Shown here: positions 12,510 through 25,400 of the stretch, one piece after another
Layout: each line of letters starts with the position of its first letter
Numbering within the stretch: the stretch's first letter is position 1
Assembly (NCBI RefSeq): GCF_006345805.1
Contig: NC_042997.1
Location: 135,718,001-135,782,000, forward strand
DNA: 64,000 bases
Direction: 5' to 3'
DNA from: Octopus sinensis
Taxonomy: Eukaryota
Program-made: the position numbers and the translations under genes
Notes under the pieces: generated by a model
Told to the model about the DNA's origin: nothing
What the model saw: the letters and a program-made list of their open reading frames with translations, nothing else
Databases searched by the model: none

Positions 12510-14043
12510 CAATCTGCAGCACCGATCATAATGAAATTTGGAACACAAAATCGAACCCCAGGGAGAAGGGCAATGCTGTGTGGTTCATACAATTTCATGG
12601 ACCAAAATTTCTGAATGGATCCTTATGATATTTGAAACTTAGATTCAATGCATAAGGGCGGGTATAATGCAATATGTTTGGTTTGAATTTCGGATGACTT
12701 AAAGGGGGCAGAACCCCCCATGATAATTCATAAATTTTCGATGTTGATGAAATTTCAACCATGGGTAATTGACACACATCAAGAAGTATTCTCAAAGTTT
12801 CCACTTCACATGAGGATTCTAAGACACCCTAATGGGGGCCTTAACTCACAAATTTTAGTCATTTTTTTATGATCCAAAACTAAGTCAAAAGTACTGAATG
12901 GATCTTTACGAAATTCAGAAATTATATTCTATGCATAAGGGCCACAACCCCCATGACAATTCATATATTTTTGCAGTTGATGAAATTTTAACCATAGATA
13001 TTAAATACAAATGAAGTAATATTTATAAAATTTTATCTTCTTAGTTAGAAAGCCCCCTTCATGGGGACTTAACACCCACAATTTTGTCATTTTATCTAAG
13101 CAAAGACGAATAGTTGTATTCTTGGAAGCTGTGGGGTCATCCGGTCATAGAAGATGAGCATTATTTGTAATTCAATGGTACATCAGTGTAAGAGTTTGCT
13201 TTGACAAACACTTAGATTGTGATTTCTGCAAGTGGTGCATAAATTGTCAAGTAAATGAGAGGCATCTTTGCCTCCACTGATTCAGTTGCAAAGTGTTGAG
13301 TAAAGTTATTTGATTGCAGACTTCCTTTCGGTCTTTTTATCATCGCTGGGTCACACATAGTCCCCAGATGGTAACATTGATTTTAAGGCCTTCCCAGATG
13401 AGTGACTGGTTATTCAAAGACATTTATAGATTGTAAATTTATTCTGTCCAGTTACATATCAGTATAGTGGTCATTTGCAAACTCCAACTTTCGTTTCTCC
13501 TTAGCCCTCACGTCACACAGTTGTTAATGTTTATTTCAGTTGGGTCACGCCCTTCTAATTGCTATAGATTCTTAATGCATCTTACGGCTGTGCCTGTCAC
13601 CTGGATGATGAGGAATACTACATTGGGAGTGGTAACGTTTAGGGTACTGTAGCTGACTGCTTATTGTGATCATTCGTCTATTGGTTTCCTGTAGCTTTGC
13701 TCTCTTTTACAAACTCAGTGAACATATATTTCCTATTTCAAAGAAATTCAAACAATAGTTATAGGACCCAAGTAAAAATATTCTCAACAATTCAACTTCT
13801 CTGGTTGACATTAAGATGCCCACCCCCAACAGGGGCCTTAACTCTCACATTTTAGAGCTCTATGACCTTCATTTTTCAGGAGCAAAATCTTTTTAACAGG
13901 TTCAATAAAACTGGAATTTTGAAATATGCGCATAAAAATCAGTAATATGGTATATCTGTCACGATTACAATGTTTTTGTGGTGTGTAAAGAGGGAAATAA
14001 CCCTCATCTACAATTTTGATGAAATTCGAAACATAGGACGTTA
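12510..14043. mobile_element. Internally repetitive Helitron-like/DNA element body
   Basis: CCGATCATAATGAAATTTGG and CAATTTTGATGAAATTCG motifs; diverged subrepeats 12590-12860 vs 12890-13090, and 13820-13850. Confidence 0.45.
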
Positions 14044-14704
14044 GCACAGATAGAGCGAAAGAAGCAGGAGTTTAAACGCTCCTATGCATTCATAAGATCC
14101 CATATCGGCACTCTTGATGCCATCTTTGACAACGAACAAAGCAAAGATGACAAGGATGGAGGCACGGATGCAGATGAAAGATGTCATCCCCCACTTGACA
14201 GACATCCAGGACAACAAAGAAGATTCAAGTGAGAAACCTGCCCGGGAAGTAAACCCAAGTGCAAGTGCTCCTACCAGCATCAAAAGGCAAACCCATGGAG
14301 ATGAAAGAGCCAAAAAAGAAGTAAAAGAAGGAAAAATTAAAATAAAAACAAAAGATGAAACAGTCAAAGAAGGAAAAACTAAAACTCAAACAAAACCAAA
14401 GGATGAAACAGCCAAGGAAAGAAGCAAACCTGACTATCCATATACCAAAAAGGATAGAAAGTGACAGCACACACGAACGTGTAAATTCTACCTGAAAGGT
14501 GTCTGCTGGCATGGAGAAGAAGGTGCAGGCTGCCGTTTTGCACACCAAAGACCCCGCCACATAAACATGAAACAGGGCGGAAACGAACTGCCAAAAGGAA
14601 AAGGAAAGGACTACGCACCACCTGCCACAAAACGAAGGTACGCAGATGTAGTGCGTGTTACAAACAATCAACGAGTTATTGAAAGGGCAACTGCTGAACA
14701 ATAA
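14044..14704 (+). pseudogene. LINE ORF1 remnant: Lys/Glu-rich region plus CCCH-type zinc finger
   Basis: ORF 14114-14464 continues in frame past TGA into CKFYLKGVCWHGEEGAGCRFAH (starts 14480). Confidence 0.7.
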
Positions 14705-14803
14705 TTTTTTTGTGCATGGCACAAAAGATTGTACAGCAGCTAACCTGGCTCCATCAAACTCAAACTCACAATACACAGGACCACCACAGCAAATAGACCC
14801 AAG

Positions 14804-17798
14804 GTGGACACCACTGGCAACAACACACACGTCACCTCGATGCTCCTACTGAACATCAGAGGACTGCTAACACTCAGTAACAGGACAAAAATCCTTTTCT
14901 TGAGAGACCTTGTTGCATGCAATCAAGCCTTATGCATAGCACTTACAGAAAGACACCTGAAACTGGATATAGCAGATGCGGAAATACACATACCACAGTA
15001 TGTTGTATTACGGACTGACAGGAAATAAAGGAGTCATGGTGCAGTTGCTATGTGCATCCGCGTGGACCTCACATCTCAGGTCCTTTTGTCATACTCAAAT
15101 TCGGTGTGTGACACACTAATTGTACATATAAGGCAACTCGGTGTAATTATAAGTGCTATATATCGCCCTTCAGATGCTCCAAGTCATATAGGCAAGTTTG
15201 AAGACTGCCTTACAAAGATAGAAGTTCTAGTCACATTAGAACAACAGATAAGTGTACTTCTTATGGGAGACTTCAATCTGCCCAATGTCAGATGGCCCGA
15301 GGGCCTTTCTCTCCCAGGAATGACACGATGCGAACGAGGACAGGCGAGGTCGCTCCTGAACCTCATCAACACTCTGTACATGGAGCAAATAATACTCCAA
15401 CCAACCAGGGCAGGTAACATACTGGATCACTGCTCTACAAATAATATGAATCTCATCCATAATGTGAAAGTGACACCGACACTACTCTCGGATCACAACA
15501 TGGTAGAGATGACCATGTACGGGCCAAAGGAAAGCATGGACATGCAGCCTACAAGAAATTCTAAGAATCTTTCCAGCTCGAACTTCTATAAGGCAAACTG
15601 GAAAAAAATTGACAAAGAGATCCTCAAACAAAACTGGCCTAAATGTCTCTCCTCACCAGTCATCGATATGAAACTTCAACAATTCATGTCTGTAATGCAA
15701 GCCATATACTACAAATGTGTCCCCAGAGAGAAAGGCCACTGTACACAAGAACAAAATCCCCAGAGAGAGAAAAATTCTTATGAGACGGCATACAAAAGTT
15801 TCAAATCGCCTAAACAAACAAATTGAAAGCAGTGAAAAGTCCCGCCTGAAAATAAAACTGCTGGAAATTGAAAAATGTCTGCAACTCTCCCATGAAAAAG
15901 AAAGAGCAGACAAAGAAGCCTGGGCTATAGACAACATAAAATCTAACCCCAGAGCTTTCTACAAGTTTGCCAAAGAAACAGCTACGGTGCACTGTAGGAT
16001 AGGGCCACTCCTTGAAAAAGATGGTACACTCACAGGAAATCCAATGACGATAAGTGAAATACTAAATGAGCAATTCAAAAGTATTTTCACTCCACCCCTA
16101 GGGCATTTTCAAGTCAGCAATCCAACTGACTTTTTTACCACTGCGGGTATAAAATCAGAGGCAACGATGATTGATTTGATTACATCAATATAAAGGAAGA
16201 CGATGTAATAAGGGCTATAGATGAAATAAATCCAAACTCAGCTACTGGCCCCGATGGATTCCGAGCAATCCTTCTAAATGTATGTAAGAGAGTCCTAGTA
16301 TGACCACTGCAGTTCCTCATTCAGAGCTTCCTTGCAACTGACAAACTTCCAAGAAAACTGAAGGAGGGTAAAATATGCCCTATTCATAAAGACGGTATCA
16401 GAGCGGAGGCCAAGAACTACAGACCTATCTCTGACCTCACACATCAGCAAGGTCATGGAACGAATAGTCAGAAGGGAACTAATCGCCTTCCTTGAAAAAA
16501 ATAACTTGCTGCCTGACACCCAACGTGGTTTCTGACCAGGAAGAAACTGCCTAACTCAGCTCCTACAACACTATGACTGGGTGCTGAAACAACTGCTCAA
16601 CCACTCAAATGTGGAAGTCATATATCTCGACTTTGCAAAGGCCTTTGATAAAGTCGATCATGGAATGATATGTTACAAACTGCGTGATCTTGGTATAGTT
16701 GGAAAATTGGGAGAATGGCTTCATGACTTTCTGAAGGATAGAAGTCAGGTGGTAGTAGCCAATGGGGCCACCTCCAATAACACGCAAATAGTGAGCGGTG
16801 TTCCGCAAGGCACTGCTTTGGGACCACTGCTGTTCATAATGGCCCTCTCAGACATGCCCTCAGCCACGCAGAGAGCCACGATCACAAGTTATGCAGATGA
16901 TACAAAAGTTTCACAGGCAATACAGAACCCTGAAGACTATGCACCTGCAATGTGAGCTGGACAAAATATACAAGTGAGCTGAAAAGAATAGCATGCAGTT
17001 CAATGCTGAAAAGTTTCAAGCTTTATGCTATCAGCATGCAAAACTAAATGCAATACCTAATAAATACACTGGACCTGGAGGGACTGCAATCCCAGAGGCA
17101 CAATCAGTGCGATACCTGGGTATTTACATGATTAATGATGCAACCTTTCATGTGCATGTTGCTAAATTTGCAATGAAATGTAGGCGGCTGAACGGATGAA
17201 TTCTTAGAGTTTTTAGAAAAAGACCCCGGGAAGCCATGATGGTCCTCTGGAGGACACCTCTCCTAAACCACTTTGACTATTGCTCTCAGATATGGTCACT
17301 AACCAGTGTCAAATTAATCACAGAACTGGAGGCGATCCAACGAAGCTATACGAAGAAGATAGCCTCTGCGCAGCATATAACCTATTGGGAAAGACTCAAG
17401 AGATTAAGATTCTATTCCTTAGAGCGTAGGCGAGAAAGATATGCCATAATATACATCTGGAAGATCCTAGAAGGACTTGTCCCAAACTTTGGCATCGAGA
17501 GTTACACTAATACTAGAACTGGCGCCACTGCATAGTGCCAATGACTCCCAATATGCCATCAAGATGTAGGACAAGATACTGTGATAGCCTGGGCTTCAGA
17601 GGTCCACAGGTCTTCAATATCCTCCCGAAGAACCTAAGAGATCTGCATGGGGTGGACGCAGATGTCTTTAAAATAAAGCTGGACCTCTTCCTGTCAGGTG
17701 TCCCAGATGAACCAACTTCACGGCAGGAGGTGCAGATGAGGGCAGCTGCATCAAACTCTCTCATGCACCAAATGTCAATTGCTAAAAAGCATTCGTGA
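14804..17798 (+). pseudogene. LINE ORF2 pseudogene (APE endonuclease + RT)
   Basis: LLLNIRGL, IALTERHL, AIYRPSD, MGDFNLP, NILDH, SDHN, DFAKAFD, YADDTK. Confidence 0.95.
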
Positions 17799-17882
17799 AG
17801 TAAAATCATGTAGCAACACCGAATGGCGGTGCCTCAGCATGGCCACAGCTCGTGAGCTGAAACTAGATAAAATGAAAAAAAA

Positions 17883-17963
17883 TTATAGATATTCCAGTTC
17901 ATAACAGAAAAGTCTAATTCTTCAATTGTATGTAACACGGGCAACGCCGGGTATCTCTGCTAG
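17883..17963 (+). mobile_element. Helitron 3' terminus
   Basis: GC-rich subterminal CACGGGCAACGCCGGG followed by CTAG|T. Confidence 0.75.
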
Positions 17964-18477
17964 TTTAAAATGAAATAAATAACAGTTTTGTATACTAACT
18001 CGTATGCATGTAATTTAAATTGGGCTATGAAGATTCGATGACATGATATACATTTCCTGAATCTCAAATGATTTCAGAACATTGAAACACAGAATTTTAT
18101 ACTTGTTAGAAGGTGTAAAGAAACTTTAAAGGTGCATCAGTGATGAGTTCAGGAAACATTTCTTCATGGAAATTAGTTTCTAAATTAAAACGCCATCCCG
18201 AGGGTGACGAAAAATTTCTTAATCCAGACTGAGATCAATTCACTCAATTATACACCTCTTCAAGCAAATAAATAAATAAAATGTAAGACGTTTTTTCAGT
18301 TTTAGAACCCTGTCTTAAAAATAATTATAGTATAGGGGTTAACAGAACTGGTAAAGCACCAAAGAGAATGCTCGGTGATATATGGCTACTCTTCATCAAA
18401 ATATCTGACTAAGTGATAATTTCATAAATTAATGATATTTAAATTTCATACGTTTATTTCCTATTCTTTGTTGTGAT

Positions 18478-18640
18478 GGCACGTGAGCTGGTGGTTAGAG
18501 TGTTGGGCTCACGATCATATGACCGTAGAGTTTATTCTCCGGCAGGGCAATGCGTTGTATTCTTGAGCAAGGCACTTCATTTCACGTTGGCCCAGACCAC
18601 TCAGCTGAAAATGAACGCCTACGAAGTACTGGTATAGCCT
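18478..18640 (+). mobile_element. tRNA-derived SINE family C (CORE/Meta-like centre), decayed
   Basis: GGCACGTGAGCTGGTGGTTAGAG...TTCTTGAGCAAGGCACTTCATTTCAC...CCACTCAGCTG. Confidence 0.7.
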
Positions 18641-19867
18641 TCCCTTTATCCAGTTGTCACTTGATAGATGTTCCACTTGGTCAAGTGTGTAATTTGCTTG
18701 CGAATACGTTGGAACCTGAAATATTTAGCGGAAATGTATTACAAGCAAACTGGTCACACAAGTTTAGAAGTAACTAAGCTTTGTGTGTTGTTACGAGAGA
18801 TTAGAATTATTCGCACTATCTTTACCTATGAGGTTATAACACATGATTATTGTGTTGAATTGAGTTTACATCTTCTCCAGATAACCTTGCTGACAGGCAA
18901 AAATGTCTTACAACCTATATGGACTTCTATAAATATCTGTAAAAACCTGAAAGGCAATTATTCCTCTATTGGTTCTTTTTCAATAATATTCTTTTATTAA
19001 GGAGAAACGAATCAGGTATTATTTTCATGGAATATAAGAAATCAGTTACTTAATTTCGTGCATTTCGATCTGATAATTCCGTACCTTTCAGCCTGATAAT
19101 TCTATACCAGATATTTTCCAATATTGGAACTTTCATGGGAATTTTATGAAAATAAACAGTACATATATGCTTCCAGCAGATTCGTTAGTAGATGGAAGAA
19201 AAGTTATAGATTTACAGTATGTTATTATTGGTTTTTTTGACAAACGTCTGCTCCACAGACAATTTTATATAGAGAGCAGCTCTAGGGAGAAATGGTGTTA
19301 CGTACATGCTTAGTATGTATTTAATATGTGATGTATCAATTTATTCAGCAAATGGTTTACTTACGAAATGCAACCAAAAGATATATGTACGCCTGATCGC
19401 GCATTATATGTGTCTGTTTCTTGTATATACGTATGTACGCATGCATGCAGGTATTATGTATCTTTATTGATAGGATCATTAAAAGAAGTGCACTGTACAG
19501 TGGAATAATTATCATTTAATATACAAAGTATTTAGAAAAGCGCTACCAATAGTTTCATGCTGTTGAGGCACAATAATTCTGTAGATTGATATAATAAGCC
19601 ACGCGTCTCCAACCAATCCTTCATGCTCAATGTATACTGGCAGGGCTATTTGAAAACCAGGACGCCGCTCTTTAAGAGAGCATGAAAAAAATGAGGAGAA
19701 AATTGAGATCATTAACAAACTGCAGGAAACCTTTCACACCACAGTGAATAGCTACCACAAAGACTTTGACCTCTTTGTCGTTGTATTATCCTACACCAAG
19801 CAGATTGATTATGATTTCTACAGAAAACGAAGGCGCAGATCTTAGATTTCTTACATCTCTACATATG

Positions 19868-19924
<57 letters not shown>

Positions 19925-20183
19925 AAACGTATATATATATATATATATATATATCCTTAAATCCTTAAAAATGTTTTAGCCCGAAGGCCGTGGCCATGCT
20001 GGGGCACCACCGCTGTATATATTTAACGTATGATGGCCGTCCACTCGTGACCGAGGAAGACCATTGCTGACCTTCAGGAACATTGTGCGCTCTAGGACTA
20101 ACTTATATTTTGCATTTTCGGCTCTGTTGGTGGCTAATGAGCCTTGTATATAACGTATATATATTATATATATATATATATAT

Positions 20184-20303
<120 letters not shown>

Positions 20304-20317
20304 GTATGTATGTAACG

Positions 20318-20435
20318 ATGGAGGTGGAAAGAGCACAGACGTAAATCTAAGACATTTCAAGACATGTTTTTGAACCTCATCCCTTCTTAAATTGAAATGT
20401 CTTGAATTTACTTCTGTGCTTTTTCCACCATTATC
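20318..20435. repeat. Small fold-back hairpin (38-bp arms, 31-nt loop)
   Basis: 20323-20360 pairs with 20392-20429 with 2 mismatches and 2 G-U pairs. Confidence 0.85.
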
Positions 20436-20719
20436 TTTAATATATAAGAATTTGATTCGTATAGATAACTAATCTTTTTTCAACTATATATATATATATA
20501 TATACATATTTATTTCTATGTATTGGCTTATGATTTTCACTGTTTGATTTGCCTAATAGTGGTTTTATCTTTAATTTAATATAACATATATATATAGAAC
20601 AATCTTACTTAGAAATGGATGCGTGCGTTTAGTCATATATATATATAAATAAATAAAACATATGCATATATACATATATGTACGTACCTATCTCTACATG
20701 TATATATACATGCATATAT

Positions 20720-20899
20720 GGGTACAGGACACCCAAAAAACGTCGAACACAATGAGAAACGAAAACATAAACACAAAACCGAGGAAATGGACATTTTTTT
20801 AAACAACGAAAATGTAGAGTACAGGACATACAAACAAGGAAAATTTCCCTTCTTCAGTCGCCTTTATTTCATCTACTCCACGTTTCGAAGGTCAGGCGA

Positions 20900-20901
<2 letters not shown>
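20720..20901 (-). mobile_element. PLE terminus with hammerhead truncated by (TA)n
   Basis: Minus strand GGTCGCCTGACCTTC-GAAACGT only; the 5' core is replaced by microsatellite. Confidence 0.45.
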
Positions 20902-20944
<43 letters not shown>

Positions 20945-20984
20945 TATAATATATATATATATATATTATATATATATATAATAT

Positions 20985-21497
<513 letters not shown>

Positions 21498-23551
21498 TTT
21501 TATTTCATAAATTTGTCATATAGACGGTACCAAGAGCTTTGCGGGCCGGACAAATACATTAATGAATGAAAGTGAAATATAATGAATAAATGAGAGACGA
21601 AACCCAACACCCGCCGATTGGATTTTTCTCGAAAACATATTTTCTTTCTTTTTTTTTAAACCTCTTACAAGGAGGAGGCACTAAAACCTCTTACTTAACA
21701 TGTTTTCTTTTTTTTTCTTTCTTAAAGCACAAAATTGAGGCTATAAACCACTACAAAATAATCCAATAAGATGAGGTTTCAAACCCTGTAACGTGGGTCT
21801 TTCACCTCCTACTCTTCGATATATCCATCGATATATTCATCATTATCTACAATGCCGCTTGAGTTCCTGTATCCCGCCATTTCCCATGCCTCACTCATGT
21901 AGGACATGCAAGTCGTGTAAGGGCCACCCAGCCATATGCGACACTCCTCCCCAAATCCTTTAAGCCTTTCCCACAAGGGAATCCTTATGACCTCCACAGC
22001 TATCTGCGGCGGCCATTCGGGATCCTGTGTGAAGGGCATATCTACTGTTTCTTTATGTTCTTCTACTATTTTTCCACCTCCCCGCCCTTGTAGAAAAAGA
22101 TAATTAATTGATCATATTTAAGGGTACGGGTGGTTCCTCCACCGTGGGTGGCACAACTTCGGGACATGCAGTCGGCACATCATCTCCCCGCTGAGATGAC
22201 CCGTTCTTCTTCCTTCTTTATTTTCCTTTCTTCCTGGCTTCGGGAGAGTGGAGCTCTTCCGCTTTGTCCGGAGACTCTCCCCCGCCTTCCGAAGCCTTAG
22301 GTTCCTTTGGCGGGCAACTATTGTTGCCCGCCTTCTTCCTTTTTAATCCTTTTTGAGTTGTGGAGGCTGAAGCCTCTTCGACCACATCCACCTCTCCCTT
22401 TGACCGGGTAGGGGAGGTGGTATCTAGTGACTGTTCCAGGGCCTTACCATTGTCCTAGGGGCAGTTCCTTTTATTGTGGCCTGGCTGCAGGTACGAGTGA
22501 CTCTTTGGGGGACGTCCCTCAAGTATCACCGGATACCTGCAGCCAGCCATTTTCAAGAAATCTGGAAAAACCAGTTCTGTTGCGGCCGATGGGGTCCACA
22601 GGGTCAAAATCGCTTTTGACCCTTCCCAATCGACCGCCGGTAATACTCTAACATTTAAGAGCCCGGGCACGCCATCTCCCAGTCCCCGTCGGGTGGTATC
22701 TTCAATCCAATCCGCTTCGGTGCCCGGGGGGAGCCCATAAATCCAGGCTCGTATTAATTTTCTTCCACAATATGACGGGAGAAACAGAATTTCCTTGCCT
22801 TCTAAAGGCTGGCTCGCAAACTGGCGAGCCTTTTCCCCGTTGTCAAACAGCAACCATACGGTTGCATGTTTGACACCACGGGATATATATTTTACAGAGG
22901 ACAAATGTTCTTTAAGTTCATTTTTTATGACTTGTTTTGGGAAGACGGTGATGGAATTAAGAACTTTAGAATACGTTCTAAGTCCTATCGTCTTCTCCTC
23001 CATATCTTTTAACCATTGCTTAGGCGGGTTAATTTCCCACTCTAAGACAGAGTTTTTCTTTTTAAGTTCCTTCTCTGCCATGTCAAAAAACAGTTCAAAA
23101 GTAGTTCAAAAGACAGTCTGCCAAACAATTAAACCGAATAAAAATAAAACAAAATAAAAGAGGGGAGGAAACTGAAATTAAAGTAATGAAAAGAATGAAC
23201 CAAAATTTAGAAAGAAAGAAAAAATAGAAGAAGGGAAAAGTAAAAGAAAAACCTCACAAATAGCACAGACAGGGAATCCTTTGTATAATACTCCAAAAAG
23301 GTAATCCAAAAAGGTAGTCCAAATGGCTTATTCTTATTTTTCTGGCGAGATACGCCCACTAGAATTCACAAGAAGAATTTTCAAAAATATTCTCAATTCA
23401 CCGTTACGGTGATTAGAACCCGGTATTTTGCTCGCTATAGCGAGCCATAATTGACAATTTTTCTTTGTGTTCTTTTTTTCTATTCGCGGAGCCGAAACTC
23501 ACATCTGCTCACTGTAACAGTCCAGACCAACTAGTGTTGCATTCTGGGTAA
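21498..23551 (-). mobile_element. ORF1-only (HAL1-like) retroelement A
   Basis: Pyrimidine-rich 5' UTR, single gag-like ORF, A-rich 3' UTR ending AAATAAAA; no RT; precise insertion in a SINE head. Confidence 0.65.
22455..23081 (-). CDS. LINE ORF1/gag-like protein with degenerate C-terminal CCHC knuckle
   Basis: 208 aa; ...YPVILEGRPPKSHSYLQPGHNKRNCP; homologous to 49650-50285. Confidence 0.7.
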   Translation of the reverse strand: MAEKELKKKNSVLEWEINPPKQWLKDMEEKTIGLRTYSKVLNSITVFPKQVIKNELKEHLSSVKYISRGVKHATVWLLFDNGEKARQFASQPLEGKEILFLPSYCGRKLIRAWIYGLPPGTEADWIEDTTRRGLGDGVPGLLNVRVLPAVDWEGSKAILTLWTPSAATELVFPDFLKMAGCRYPVILEGRPPKSHSYLQPGHNKRNCP

Positions 23552-23885
23552 ACAGCCACTCTTACATATATATATATGTATATAAATACGGAAGTCATTT
23601 ACAGGGAACTCATGAACTCAGAGAGAAAACACTGTTGGATCAACAAGTATTTGAGGGAAACCATCTAGTTTCTAGTTCCTTCCTCTTTAGAGAACTTTTA
23701 GAGGTCTTACACTTCTGCAGTGTTCACCAGCGAGTAGTTCTGCAGTGTTTACCAGCGAGTAGAATGTGAGCCAGGAGGGGTCATTTTCTGTGAGGTATAT
23801 CTAATTTATCACAAGTTATTCGTTAAGCTACGCAGAAAACAGTGCTAGATTTTTTTTATAATTACCAAAAAAATGATAGCAGTTT

Positions 23886-23960
<75 letters not shown>

Positions 23961-25109
23961 GAAGAAGAAGAAAGTATAAAAATAAATATATTTTCATTAT
24001 ATTTTCAGGACATGTTTTAAAGCATTAGTATTGCACTTTTTGGCTTTCTATAATAAGAATAATGTGATAAGTGCAAGTTTTACGGATGTATTCTTTTGTT
24101 TTTTATGAAATGTTTTTTTTTTTTTTTTTAATAATTCGAACTACTAAAATGAAATGATTAATAAATTAAAGATTTAATTTTTAATGTTTTCGTTCTGAAA
24201 ATTTTAACTATGATATGATCATAATTATTATTTTTGTTTGCTCTATATTTCCATCGTGATTAGTTTGTTATCCCTAGAGCAATATTTCCATACGCTTTTA
24301 TGATATTTTAAACAAAGGGGAAAAACGCAAACTATTACTGAATCACTGTTCGAATTTACAAATTGAAATTTACTGATTTGACATTTGATTATGATTTCAT
24401 TTATATGTTAAAATGTTATCATATTTTATTCTTTTGTTTCAGTCCTTGAAATGTAGCCATCCTGGGGCACCACCTTGAATAACTTTAGCCGATCATATCG
24501 AAAATATTACATACCTGTCAGACAGCTACGCTACGTGTCATAAATAATGACTACAGCTTTCATAAGTGAAGTCGAAGTAAATTCTCACAAAGACAGAAGT
24601 ATATGGAAAAATACACCCACACAGGCACTCACACATTCACATATACACATGCACGCACCCTCCAAACATACACAGACACTATATTAGAAATGATTACCAA
24701 GTTGACAATCGCTTACGTGCATCGACTTAATAAGTCCGTCGATAAAACAGTACATAAGGTCGGATCCATATGTTGAAGTCGTTTATGACGGCTTCTATTG
24801 GAAATAAAGAGAGATGTTTGACACCTGGAATGAAACATTTGAAAGTTCCCTATGGCAAATTATACTAAGATGTGTTAAAAGTGAAGACATTTGCGCAAAC
24901 CAATTTTCTTCCTTATTTAAAGGTCGCTCATAATAACTGTTTTGGTAAGCTTATAAAATAGAGGCAAAATGGCAACATTATCGTATATTTTCAGGTTTAC
25001 AACTACACGTGATAGGATAAGGCGAGCAAGTATGTTACACATGTAATTATATAATATGAAGGTGGTCATAATTTTAAAACTTTTATATGAACAGGAATTG
25101 CTGAGGGAA

Positions 25110-25400
25110 GAGGTTAACTCTGCAATCACATGGTTCCACGTTCAGTCCCGCTGCGCGGTACCTTCTCCGGTGGCTTCTACTATTACCTCGGACCAATCAA
25201 AGCCTAGTGAGTGAATTTGTTAGAGGGAAATTGAAATAAGCCCATTGCAAATGCATATATATGTATTGTGTATATGTATATATGTATGTGCATCCATGCT
25301 TGTCTCCCACCACTGCCAGAAAACCGTTGTTGCTTTGTTTACGTGCCCGTAATTTAGTGGTTCAGTACAAAACAGCGACCAAGTAAAGATAAAAGACAAT
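25110..25400 (+). mobile_element. SINE family A, decayed
   Basis: CACATGGTTCCACGTTCAGTCCCGCTGCG...CTTCTACTATTACCTCGGACCAATCAAAGCC. Confidence 0.7.

Larger units (their letters stand above)
14044..17882 (+). mobile_element. Near full-length decayed CR1-group LINE (ORF1 + APE + RT + 3' tail)
   Basis: Colinear and highly similar to 9371-11269 over the RT; multiple stops and frameshifts. Confidence 0.95.

Noticed and set aside
13090-13720. Possible minus-strand coding insert inside the Helitron-like body
   Set aside because: Frames broken and no family could be assigned by eye
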